DNA of 33,268 nt from an uncultured Clostridia bacterium (GTDB taxonomy: Bacteria; Bacillota; Clostridia; Christensenellales; CAG-917), in the NCBI GenBank assembly GCA_946056785.1, contig CAMGKS010000001.1, positions 1 to 33,268 on the forward strand, given 5' to 3'. Made by a program: the position numbers and the translations under genes. Below, in pieces: positions 26,524 to 33,268 of the stretch. Numbering within the stretch: the stretch's first letter is position 1; each line of letters opens with the position of its first letter. The notes under the pieces are model-generated. The model did not search any database. It saw only the letters and a program-made list of their open reading frames with translations, and was not told the origin of the DNA.

Positions 26524-27951
26524 ATGACTGTAGAACTTGTTAAACTTGAAAAAGATATTCGTGACGCTTTTTGCAACAGCGACGATTTAATTATTAAAAA
26601 ATTTAACGTCAATCTCGGAGAGGCGGCAATCTGTTTTATTGACGGATTCGTCGACAAAGACATCCTTACAAGAGACGTATTAAGCAGTTTAACGGGAACT
26701 ACTTTGTCTGTTCCCGTGTACGATTGCTTGAAAAATATGCCGTTCCCGGAAACAGTAGACGTTTCCACCGAATTTGACGACGTATTAGCTCACGTTACAA
26801 AGGGGGACGTTGTCCTTTTGATAGACGGAGCAGAAGGGTGTTTTTGTTTTCCTTTGAGAAAAACCGTTATGCGCGGCATTACCGAACCGCCGACGGAAAA
26901 CGTTTTAAGAGGTCCGAGAGAAGGATTCATCGAAGATATAAAGGCAAACACCACCCTTATCCGTCGTAAAATCAAATCGGAAAAATTGGTTATAACAAAC
27001 ATGACGGTGGGCAAGCAAACAAACACTTCCGTTGCGATTTGCTATATAGACGGAATTGCCGATAAAACGGTTATATCTACGGTTAAAGAACGCATATCGA
27101 ATATAAAAACGGACGGAATACTCGACAGCTATTATATCGAACAATATCTTTGCGAAAATAAATACAGCTTTTTTACGCAAGTCGGGTCGACGGAAAAACC
27201 GGACGTTGTAGCCGCAAAATTGCTCGAAGGCAGAATTGCCGTTATAGTCGACGGTTCGCCGTCCGTACTCACCGTTCCGTTTTTGCTGTTTGAAGCTATG
27301 CAGGACGCATACGACTATTACAGCAACGATTGGAGAGCGTCTTTAATCAGAATATTCAGAGTTATAGGAATGCTGTTGACCATTTTTCTTCCTGCGGCTT
27401 ACGTTGCTTTTGAAACGTTCCATTTTCATTTGCTCCCGCTGAAATTTCTCATAACTCTTTTCAACGCTACAAACGGAATACCTTTTCCGCCGCAAATTGA
27501 AATTCTTTTCGTGCTGCTGCTGTTTGAAATTTTAAATCAGGCTTCCATAAGAATGCCGAGATTTTTAGGCATTTCCCTTTCGATAGTCGGAGCTATAGTA
27601 CTCGGCGACACCGCCGTTAAAGCAGGACTTATATCGTCGCCTGCAGTATTGATAATAGCCTTGTCGTCAATCGGAATATTTTGCGTACCTAGCCAACTTA
27701 ACGTTATATCCATGTTACGCTTGATTTTCGTTTGCGTTGCGGCGATATTGGGGCTTTACGGACTTATCATAGCGACGATAATGACCGTCGTGTATATAGT
27801 TTCAATAAACAATTACGGCACGCCTTTTGCCGCGCCTTTCGCCCCGTTGGTTTCGTCAGATTTGAAAGACGGACTTTTAAAATCCTTAAACGTTAACCAA
27901 AAAACGAGACCTTTTTCTTTCCCGAATCATAACCGCAGGAGAAAATCATGA
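26524..27951 (+). CDS. Spore germination protein, GerA/GerKA family (A subunit)
   Basis: 475 aa. LRGPREGFIEDIKANTTLIRRKIK and the C-terminal multi-TM region are typical of GerAA-family proteins. Confidence 0.9.
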   Translation: MTVELVKLEKDIRDAFCNSDDLIIKKFNVNLGEAAICFIDGFVDKDILTRDVLSSLTGTTLSVPVYDCLKNMPFPETVDVSTEFDDVLAHVTKGDVVLLIDGAEGCFCFPLRKTVMRGITEPPTENVLRGPREGFIEDIKANTTLIRRKIKSEKLVITNMTVGKQTNTSVAICYIDGIADKTVISTVKERISNIKTDGILDSYYIEQYLCENKYSFFTQVGSTEKPDVVAAKLLEGRIAVIVDGSPSVLTVPFLLFEAMQDAYDYYSNDWRASLIRIFRVIGMLLTIFLPAAYVAFETFHFHLLPLKFLITLFNATNGIPFPPQIEILFVLLLFEILNQASIRMPRFLGISLSIVGAIVLGDTAVKAGLISSPAVLIIALSSIGIFCVPSQLNVISMLRLIFVCVAAILGLYGLIIATIMTVVYIVSINNYGTPFAAPFAPLVSSDLKDGLLKSLNVNQKTRPFSFPNHNRRRKS

Positions 27952-29000
27952 CGGATAACAATATATACACACGCCAGATGGCGATTTTAATCTTTTTGTC
28001 TTCTACCGTAATTAAACTGTCTTCTTTGCCCGCTCTTTGGGCAATGGAAATTTCTACTTCGGTTTTTTTGGCAATGATTATCATGAGCGTTATAGAGATT
28101 ATAATTTTTTGTCTCGTCTACGTATTCGTACAAGCGGACGGCATAAAAATGCTTGATGAAACAAAAGTTAAATATCCTATTTGCATAGCGCTGTATCTGT
28201 ATTTCTTTGCAAAGCTGTTTACCTTTATGGCTTTTGTCGCAAACTTTATATCAAACTTTATGTTCGATTCGATTTCGTTATATATCCTTATAATTACGAT
28301 AATCGTCCCCGTCGTTTATCTGGGAATAAAGGGAATGAGAAGCATTGCAAGAAGCGGAGAATTTTTCGTTATCTTTTCGGTTATATGCTATTTTCTGCTG
28401 TTGGCATTTTTGGAAGCCGATTTCGATTTTGGAAGATTTAAACCTTTTTTGGCAATCGATTCTACGGCATTTTTTAAAAGCGGTTTTTCATACGGATTAT
28501 GGTTCGGCGACGCTTTGCCTTTTATTTTCGTGACGGTGAAAAAAAGCAAAAAAGCGGTATTGCCCGTCACCATTATATTGACTTATACGCTTATCTGCGT
28601 CGTTTTAATGTTGTCCGTTGCAATTTTCGGCGACGCTATAGTCATTGCGGATAACCTGCTCGTAAATTTGTCCATGTTCAATCAACTTTCTTCCGTTCTG
28701 GGAAGATTGCAATGGTTAAGCATCGTTCCGTGGCTGTTCGGAAGCTATCTCGAATGCGGAATGTTGTTTTGGGCAATGACGGAATCGGGTATGCGTATAG
28801 TCGGAAAAAAAGTCCCCGTTATCGTTTTTTCCGCTCTTGCTTTGACTATTCCGTATATGGCTATGAAAAGATATGATTTCATCATCGAAAACACGAGCGG
28901 AATTTTAGGATACGTTATGTTTGCCGCAATGATTTTAATTGTCGTTTCGATATTGATTGTGCTTAACGTAAGGAGAAGAAAAAATGCAAAAGCTATTTAA
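27948..29000 (+). CDS. Spore germination protein, GerAB family (B subunit, APC-type permease fold)
   Basis: 350 aa and polytopic (about 10 TM). The start forms an ATGA overlap with the A subunit, and the gene sits at the middle position of an A-B-C operon. Confidence 0.8.
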   Translation: MTDNNIYTRQMAILIFLSSTVIKLSSLPALWAMEISTSVFLAMIIMSVIEIIIFCLVYVFVQADGIKMLDETKVKYPICIALYLYFFAKLFTFMAFVANFISNFMFDSISLYILIITIIVPVVYLGIKGMRSIARSGEFFVIFSVICYFLLLAFLEADFDFGRFKPFLAIDSTAFFKSGFSYGLWFGDALPFIFVTVKKSKKAVLPVTIILTYTLICVVLMLSVAIFGDAIVIADNLLVNLSMFNQLSSVLGRLQWLSIVPWLFGSYLECGMLFWAMTESGMRIVGKKVPVIVFSALALTIPYMAMKRYDFIIENTSGILGYVMFAAMILIVVSILIVLNVRRRKNAKAI

Positions 29001-30117
29001 GTTTAAATCTTTCATTTTGGTTGTCTTTGTCGTCGTTTGCACTTTTTTGGGAAGAACGATAAGTACGTTTTCCATTTCGGAAAGAAATATAGTTCTGATG
29101 ATAGGCATAGATTACACGGGAACAGATTATGCGGTCACTACTCAGGTAGTTTCGCCTTCGTCCGGACAAGGTGCCGAAAGTGCCAGCTCGGACAACTTTG
29201 CAACGATAACCACAAAAGCTCCGACCGTTGCTCAGGCTCTTGAAGATATAGGCGGAAAAATCGGCAGAACTCTTTCATTGGCGCACTGCAATATCATTGT
29301 GCTGTCGAAAAACGCATTGCTTAGCAATCCCGACTCTTATCTCAATAATCTTATTACAAGTTGGCTTTTACCTATCAATGCCGTTATCGTTGCCGTAGAC
29401 GATAAACCGGAAAACGTTATGAAACTCAAAGTCCCTTCTTCGGAAAACATAGCGTTTTATCTTCAGACTCTTATGCTTACGGAGAAAAAAAGTCTTTTGA
29501 CAAAAACGCATATAAACACGTTTCTTACAGATTTTGCTTCAAAATCTAAAACGACTACTCTGCCTATTTGCGTGCCGACGGAAATTGACGACGAATCAGT
29601 GTTGTCAAGTCAAAGCGGCACGGGTAAATACGCTACCATAGATTTGAAAACGAACTTCGCCGTTTCTAAAGACGGAACCGTTATGCTTCTCGACGAAAAA
29701 ACCACGCAAATCACAAATTTGCTTAGAACCAAAATAAAAGAGGCGTATCTAAACGTTCAATACGACGATTATAACGTCGAATATCAAATTGTCAAATCTG
29801 ATACGAAAATGAAATATGAAAATAATTCCGTTACGGCAAAATTTAAAGCGGAAATCGCACTCGTGGAAATCGAAAATAAGACGTTCAGCGAATTTCTTTT
29901 GTCTAAAGAATTTAAAGATAAATTTATGTCCGAACTGAAAAAAGACTTAACCGAAAAAATGAACGACGTCTTCGAATTGTCAAAAACGACTAAATCAGAT
30001 TTTTTGATGCTTCGCAATCTGGCATGGCAAAGCGAAGGTTTAAACTATAACCCGGACGCATTTTGGGAAAATCTTACTTTTAATCCGCAAATTGAGCTTT
30101 CTCTTGTAAAAAGCTGA
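28984..30117 (+). CDS. Ger(x)C-family germination protein (C subunit)
   Basis: 377 aa, overlapping the B gene by 17 nt, with an AGGAGA RBS. The N-terminal hydrophobic signal contains a Cys (FVVVCTF), which is an atypical lipobox. Size and position fit GerAC. Confidence 0.75.
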   Translation: MQKLFKFKSFILVVFVVVCTFLGRTISTFSISERNIVLMIGIDYTGTDYAVTTQVVSPSSGQGAESASSDNFATITTKAPTVAQALEDIGGKIGRTLSLAHCNIIVLSKNALLSNPDSYLNNLITSWLLPINAVIVAVDDKPENVMKLKVPSSENIAFYLQTLMLTEKKSLLTKTHINTFLTDFASKSKTTTLPICVPTEIDDESVLSSQSGTGKYATIDLKTNFAVSKDGTVMLLDEKTTQITNLLRTKIKEAYLNVQYDDYNVEYQIVKSDTKMKYENNSVTAKFKAEIALVEIENKTFSEFLLSKEFKDKFMSELKKDLTEKMNDVFELSKTTKSDFLMLRNLAWQSEGLNYNPDAFWENLTFNPQIELSLVKS

Positions 30118-30119
30118 CG

Positions 30120-30158
30120 AAAGCGTTATGCGTACGACAAATACGTATAACGCTTTTT
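30120..30158. terminator. Bidirectional terminator between convergent gerC-like and repeat-protein genes
   Basis: A 15-bp stem joins aaagcgttatgcgta (30120-30134) to tacgtataacgcttt (30142-30156), with one G-U pair and loop cgacaaa. A T-run follows on the plus strand. The stem abuts the TAA of the minus-strand gene. Confidence 0.75.
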
Positions 30159-30609
30159 ACTTTTTCAAAGATTTGATAAGCATCAAAATTACCGCCGTAT
30201 TTCTGACTCGTCTTTGCATAATAGCAGCTTCTCTTAATTCTTCTTCGGTAGGGGCCGGGTCGCCGCCGTTCAAACCGTTCGGAACGTCCGTACCGATATC
30301 GCTCGTTCCGTTCGATCCGTTTCCCGTTCCGCTTGCATTATCGCCGCCGTTTAAACCGTTATCTGCGTTTGTTCCATTATCTGCGTTTGTTCCATTATCT
30401 GCGTTTGTTCCATTATCTGCGTTTGTTCCGCCGTCTGCGTTCTGAGAAAATTTAACTTCATTGATTTTGTTTTTTATTTCGTGCGAAACGGCATAACTAT
30501 AGTCTCCGTTATCTTTTTTGCACTCCAAAACCGAAGCCTTACGTCTTGCTTTTGCATATTCCGACGCCATCTTTTCCATCGTATCGTCATCGGGTAAAAG
30601 AAAATCCAT
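30157..30609 (-). CDS. Hypothetical 150-aa protein with GTNADN hexapeptide repeats and an N/G/D-rich core
   Basis: I chose the ATG at 30609 (MDFLLPDDD) because the track's TTG start at 30621 is itself part of the RBS (ttGGAGGcaaaaATG). The central sequence is NADGG(GTNADN)x4GLNGGDNASGTGNGSNG. The C-terminus is basic and hydrophobic (RRVRNTAVILMLIKSLKK). Confidence 0.6.
   Translation of the reverse strand: MDFLLPDDDTMEKMASEYAKARRKASVLECKKDNGDYSYAVSHEIKNKINEVKFSQNADGGTNADNGTNADNGTNADNGTNADNGLNGGDNASGTGNGSNGTSDIGTDVPNGLNGGDPAPTEEELREAAIMQRRVRNTAVILMLIKSLKK
30358..30444. repeat. 18-bp tandem repeat, 4 near-perfect copies plus a degenerate fifth
   Basis: The unit (g/a)ttatctgcgtttgttcc occurs at 30358-30375, 30376-30393, 30394-30411 and 30412-30429. 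It is followed by gccgtctgcgttctg. The repeat is in frame, at 6 codons per unit. Confidence 0.9.
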
Positions 30610-30650
30610 TTTTGCCTCCAAAACTTTTATATTATATGAATTTAAAAAAG

Positions 30651-30666
30651 CATAGGTTCATAGGTT
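30651..30666. repeat. Tandem 8-mer cataggtt x2 in a divergent intergenic region
   Basis: cataggttcataggtt lies about 40-55 nt upstream of the ATG of the repeat-protein gene, just upstream of a TATAAT on the minus strand (30642..30637). Confidence 0.6.
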
Positions 30667-30861
30667 TTGAAATAATCGCTTTTGAAATATGCATATATAT
30701 TCTTCTGCGTTTTTATAAGCGTAACCGCGGCATATTTTACGTTAAGCAAAATTCGCTGATTTGCTTTTTATGATTTGCCCGCCGTTTTGCCGTCTTTTTT
30801 CCGTTGCGTTTTCCTTTAAATTTAATCACGGTTTATTTCTTCAACTCTACCGTTATTGAAT

Positions 30862-30890
30862 TTGACTAAATTTGAGTACTGTTGTATAAT
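30862..30890 (+). promoter_or_regulatory. Near-consensus SigA-type promoter ending 6 nt before ATG 30897
   Basis: TTGACT (30862-30867), a 17-nt spacer, TATAAT (30885-30890). Confidence 0.6.
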
Positions 30891-30896
30891 TTTTGT

Positions 30897-32549
30897 ATGG
30901 AAATTAAATTTATGACGCCAACCGAGGTATGGGAAACGTTTAACCCCGTTAAAGAGCCTCTTGAAACATACGTCGAAAAGTGTCAGATAAAAGACGAATT
31001 TATGGAAACGGATATGTTTTTTACCGCAGAAACGGTAAAAGACGGCAAAGTCCGCACGTATTGTAAAATGATTTGCAATCGTAATTGGAATGAAAAACAT
31101 CCCGTCGTTCTTTTCCTTACAAATTTATCTGAAAAAATCAATTTCGAAGAAATTAAAAATTTGTTTGTAATGAAAGGATACGTGGTTTTCTTTTTAGATT
31201 ATGCGGGATTTTTTACCCAAAGGGAAACTCGCACTTCTTTTCCCGATTCTCTGTCTTACGCCAGATTTGAAAACGCTAAAAACAATCTCAGCTATATGGG
31301 AGAGTCGGCAAGAATCACTCCTTGGTTTGTTTGGGCAAAAATCGTCCGACGTGCAATTACTTTAATCGGAGAACAGAATATCGCCGACAGCGAAAAAATA
31401 AATCTCGTCGGCTACGTACACGGAGCACAACTTGCATGGATAGTCGGGGCAATAGACGGAAGATTGCATTCTGTCGTTCCGGTTATGGGTTGCGGATATA
31501 ACGCATATGAGAAACGAGAAATTTCTCTCGACTCGGATGAAGAGCGAGCCTGGGTTTCGGGAATATGTCCTGAAACTTACGCCCATTTCATCTCCTGCCC
31601 GGTCGTGTATGCTACAAGCACAAACAGCCTTTTTGCTAACATCGATAAAGCCAACGAAATTATGTCGGGAATTACGTCTACGACAAAATTCCTTTCCATA
31701 TCTCCGAAAACAGACAAACAACTTGCCAAAGACTGCTTCGAAGGGCTTCTTAAATGGGCGGATATTGCGTTCAACGGAGAGGCCCCTAAAATGCCTTCCC
31801 CTGTCGCCTCGTTTTCAGTGAACGGAGATTCCCTTTCGCTGGTCGTTGACGTTCGGCAAAATTGCGATTGCATAGAGACGTTTATTTCATACGACAACGT
31901 GCCGGCTCCTATTCGAGATTGGTTTTCTTTGGAACAATCGTCTGCGGACGGAACGGTTATAACTTACGACGTAACGCCTTACGATGACACTGAAAAACTT
32001 TACGCATTCGCAAACGTTACCTATGACGGCATCGTCGTTTCAACGCCCGTTGTAACTATAACTAAGGATAAATTCAGCGGAGTTAAAGTTTTACCCGCAC
32101 TTGTCGAAAACAACCGCATAGTATATACGAATAAAAAAGGCATCGCAAGTTTTACTCCGCAAACGTCTTCCGTCATCGTCGACGAAGACAATCTCAAAAT
32201 GAAAGCGGGACCGTTCGGCATTAAAGGAGTTACGGTTGACAGTGGTTATCTTTCTACGAACAAACTTATGAAATCGGAATTCGCAAAAGATAAGACAAGC
32301 ATTTTGAAAATCGATTTTTATAGCCCTGCCGAACGTGATATACGCATACAATTATACTCTATCTACAGCGGAGCGTCATACGTTGCAAAATGTTCTCTTA
32401 AAGGCGGAGAAAGATGGCAAAAGGTTTTGCTGTCTTCATCAGATTTTAAATCTGACGACGGAAAACCGCTCGGCGTTTTTTCAGACACGCAAATTACGGT
32501 ATTTAAAAACGTTGCCGGCGTTATATTAAACAATATTATTTGGATATAA
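30897..32549 (+). CDS. Cytoplasmic alpha/beta-hydrolase-fold-like protein with C-terminal beta-rich domains (function unknown)
   Basis: 550 aa from the ATG at 30897. The track's TTG at 30882 lies inside the promoter. HPVVLFLTN..GYVVFFLDYAGF..INLVGYVHGAQLAWIVGAIDGRLHSVVPVMG resembles the esterase/dienelactone-hydrolase strand-helix pattern. No signal peptide is present. Confidence 0.5.
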   Translation: MEIKFMTPTEVWETFNPVKEPLETYVEKCQIKDEFMETDMFFTAETVKDGKVRTYCKMICNRNWNEKHPVVLFLTNLSEKINFEEIKNLFVMKGYVVFFLDYAGFFTQRETRTSFPDSLSYARFENAKNNLSYMGESARITPWFVWAKIVRRAITLIGEQNIADSEKINLVGYVHGAQLAWIVGAIDGRLHSVVPVMGCGYNAYEKREISLDSDEERAWVSGICPETYAHFISCPVVYATSTNSLFANIDKANEIMSGITSTTKFLSISPKTDKQLAKDCFEGLLKWADIAFNGEAPKMPSPVASFSVNGDSLSLVVDVRQNCDCIETFISYDNVPAPIRDWFSLEQSSADGTVITYDVTPYDDTEKLYAFANVTYDGIVVSTPVVTITKDKFSGVKVLPALVENNRIVYTNKKGIASFTPQTSSVIVDEDNLKMKAGPFGIKGVTVDSGYLSTNKLMKSEFAKDKTSILKIDFYSPAERDIRIQLYSIYSGASYVAKCSLKGGERWQKVLLSSSDFKSDDGKPLGVFSDTQITVFKNVAGVILNNIIWI

Positions 32550-32556
32550 TAATGCT

Positions 32557-33150
32557 ATGAACGAAATAAACGAATTGGAAGACTTTTCCCCTGTCGATCC
32601 AAAAAAGAAAAAAGTAAAAATCGCACTATCCGTCATCGCCTCCGTTATCGTCCTTGCTCTGCTTGTCACAGTCATTACTTTATCTTGCATAACCGAAAGT
32701 TTTATCGTCGACGGAGCTTCTATGCAGCCCACTTTAGACGGCGGCAAAGACGGCAATTACACCGACGGCGATAAAGTTATTGTAAATAAAGTCAAACAAA
32801 TCAGTAGAGGCGATATCGTTGTAGCTAGCGTCGCAAAAGAAAACAAAACTCTGATTAAACGGTGCGTTGCTGTCGGCGGCGATAAAGTTAAAATCGAAAG
32901 CGGCATTCTTTACGTAAACGGAGTACAAGAATCGGGGGAATATTTATCCGTAGAAAACAAACGCATGTATAACGGCGTCGAACTGCTGAACGTTGAAGAA
33001 TTTGTCGTCAAGCCTAATTACGTTTATCTTTTAGGCGACAACAGAAGCGTTTCGCACGACAGCCGCGCCATAGGTCAAATCAGCGTAGACGAAATCAACG
33101 GCGTTGTTTTTATGATAATAAGAGAAAATAAAAAGTTGGAATTTATTTAG
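32557..33150 (+). CDS. lepB: Signal peptidase I
   Basis: An N-terminal TM anchor is present. The catalytic Ser box is DGASMQPTL, the Lys box is LIKRCVAVGGDKV, and the GDNRSVSHDSR box is also present. Confidence 0.9.
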   Translation: MNEINELEDFSPVDPKKKKVKIALSVIASVIVLALLVTVITLSCITESFIVDGASMQPTLDGGKDGNYTDGDKVIVNKVKQISRGDIVVASVAKENKTLIKRCVAVGGDKVKIESGILYVNGVQESGEYLSVENKRMYNGVELLNVEEFVVKPNYVYLLGDNRSVSHDSRAIGQISVDEINGVVFMIIRENKKLEFI

Positions 33151-33181
33151 TCCGACTTTTTTTTCTAGTCCGACTTTTTTT
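33149..33181 (+). terminator. Probable terminator formed by two direct copies of a near-palindromic unit
   Basis: tagtccgac followed by a T-run occurs twice with an 18-nt period. Because agtccgact is nearly self-complementary, copy 1 (33149-33157) can pair with copy 2 (33167-33175). That gives 9 positions with one central C-C mismatch, followed by T7. Confidence 0.45.
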
Positions 33182-33268
33182 GCGTTACGCTGCATAAACG
33201 CGGCTTTGAGTGCGTTCGTCGTCTCTTTATTTAACTTTTATCCGCTTATTTTCTTACCCTTTTCAATC

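Noticed and set aside
30744-30769. Plus-strand hairpin aagcaaa-N9-tttgctt followed by ttt in the 30622-30861 intergenic region, which hints at a small RNA.
   Set aside because: The stem is weak, there is no upstream plus-strand promoter or gene that I could identify, and there is no further structure.
1-33268. Mobile elements, CRISPR arrays, rRNA/tRNA genes and defence-system genes (restriction-modification, toxin-antitoxin, Cas, abortive infection).
   Set aside because: There are no transposase, integrase or recombinase-like ORFs. There are no long terminal inverted repeats and no regularly spaced repeat-spacer arrays. No cloverleaf-compatible sequences were seen. The only tandem repeats are short, in-frame coding repeats.

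Overview
Low-GC segment of a Firmicutes/Clostridia-type chromosome. The organism looks like an endospore former, because a GerA-type A-B-C germinant-receptor operon is present. The content is mostly core metabolism.

Gene content, left to right:
- An ECF sigma factor with a translationally coupled membrane protein, probably its anti-sigma factor.
- A flavodiiron protein (FprA type).
- A membrane-anchored protein of unknown function.
- An unusual extended RuvB-like AAA+ ATPase, tightly coupled to a hemolysin-III/PAQR membrane protein.
- Single-chain L-serine dehydratase.
- A complete minus-strand pyrimidine operon, pyrB-pyrC-carA-carB-pyrK-pyrD-pyrF-pyrE. It appears to run on into a DEAD-box helicase and a GtrA-like membrane protein.
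- A lipoprotein with Listeria/Bacteroides-type repeats.
- purB-purA followed by a small RelA/SpoT-type HD hydrolase.
- An amidohydrolase.
- The gerABC-like operon.
- A small protein containing a hexapeptide repeat.
- A 550-aa alpha/beta-hydrolase-like protein.
- Signal peptidase I.

I recognised no rRNA, tRNA, CRISPR array, transposase, integrase or phage genes. I also cannot point to a clear-cut new multi-gene system such as a defence island.

The most unusual items are:
1. The stand-alone RuvB homologue, which has an N-terminal extension of about 175 aa and a polyacidic tail, and is coupled to a PAQR protein.
2. A DEAD-box helicase whose conserved N-terminus can only be translated from a non-canonical ATT/ATC start.
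3. A consensus promoter, then an intrinsic terminator, then the RBS, packed into the purB leader.
4. A small alarmone-hydrolase-like gene co-oriented behind purBA.
5. Two consensus promoters that end exactly 6 nt before a start codon, which suggests leaderless mRNAs.

All promoter, terminator and function calls were made by eye from the sequence and its translations. No database search was run.
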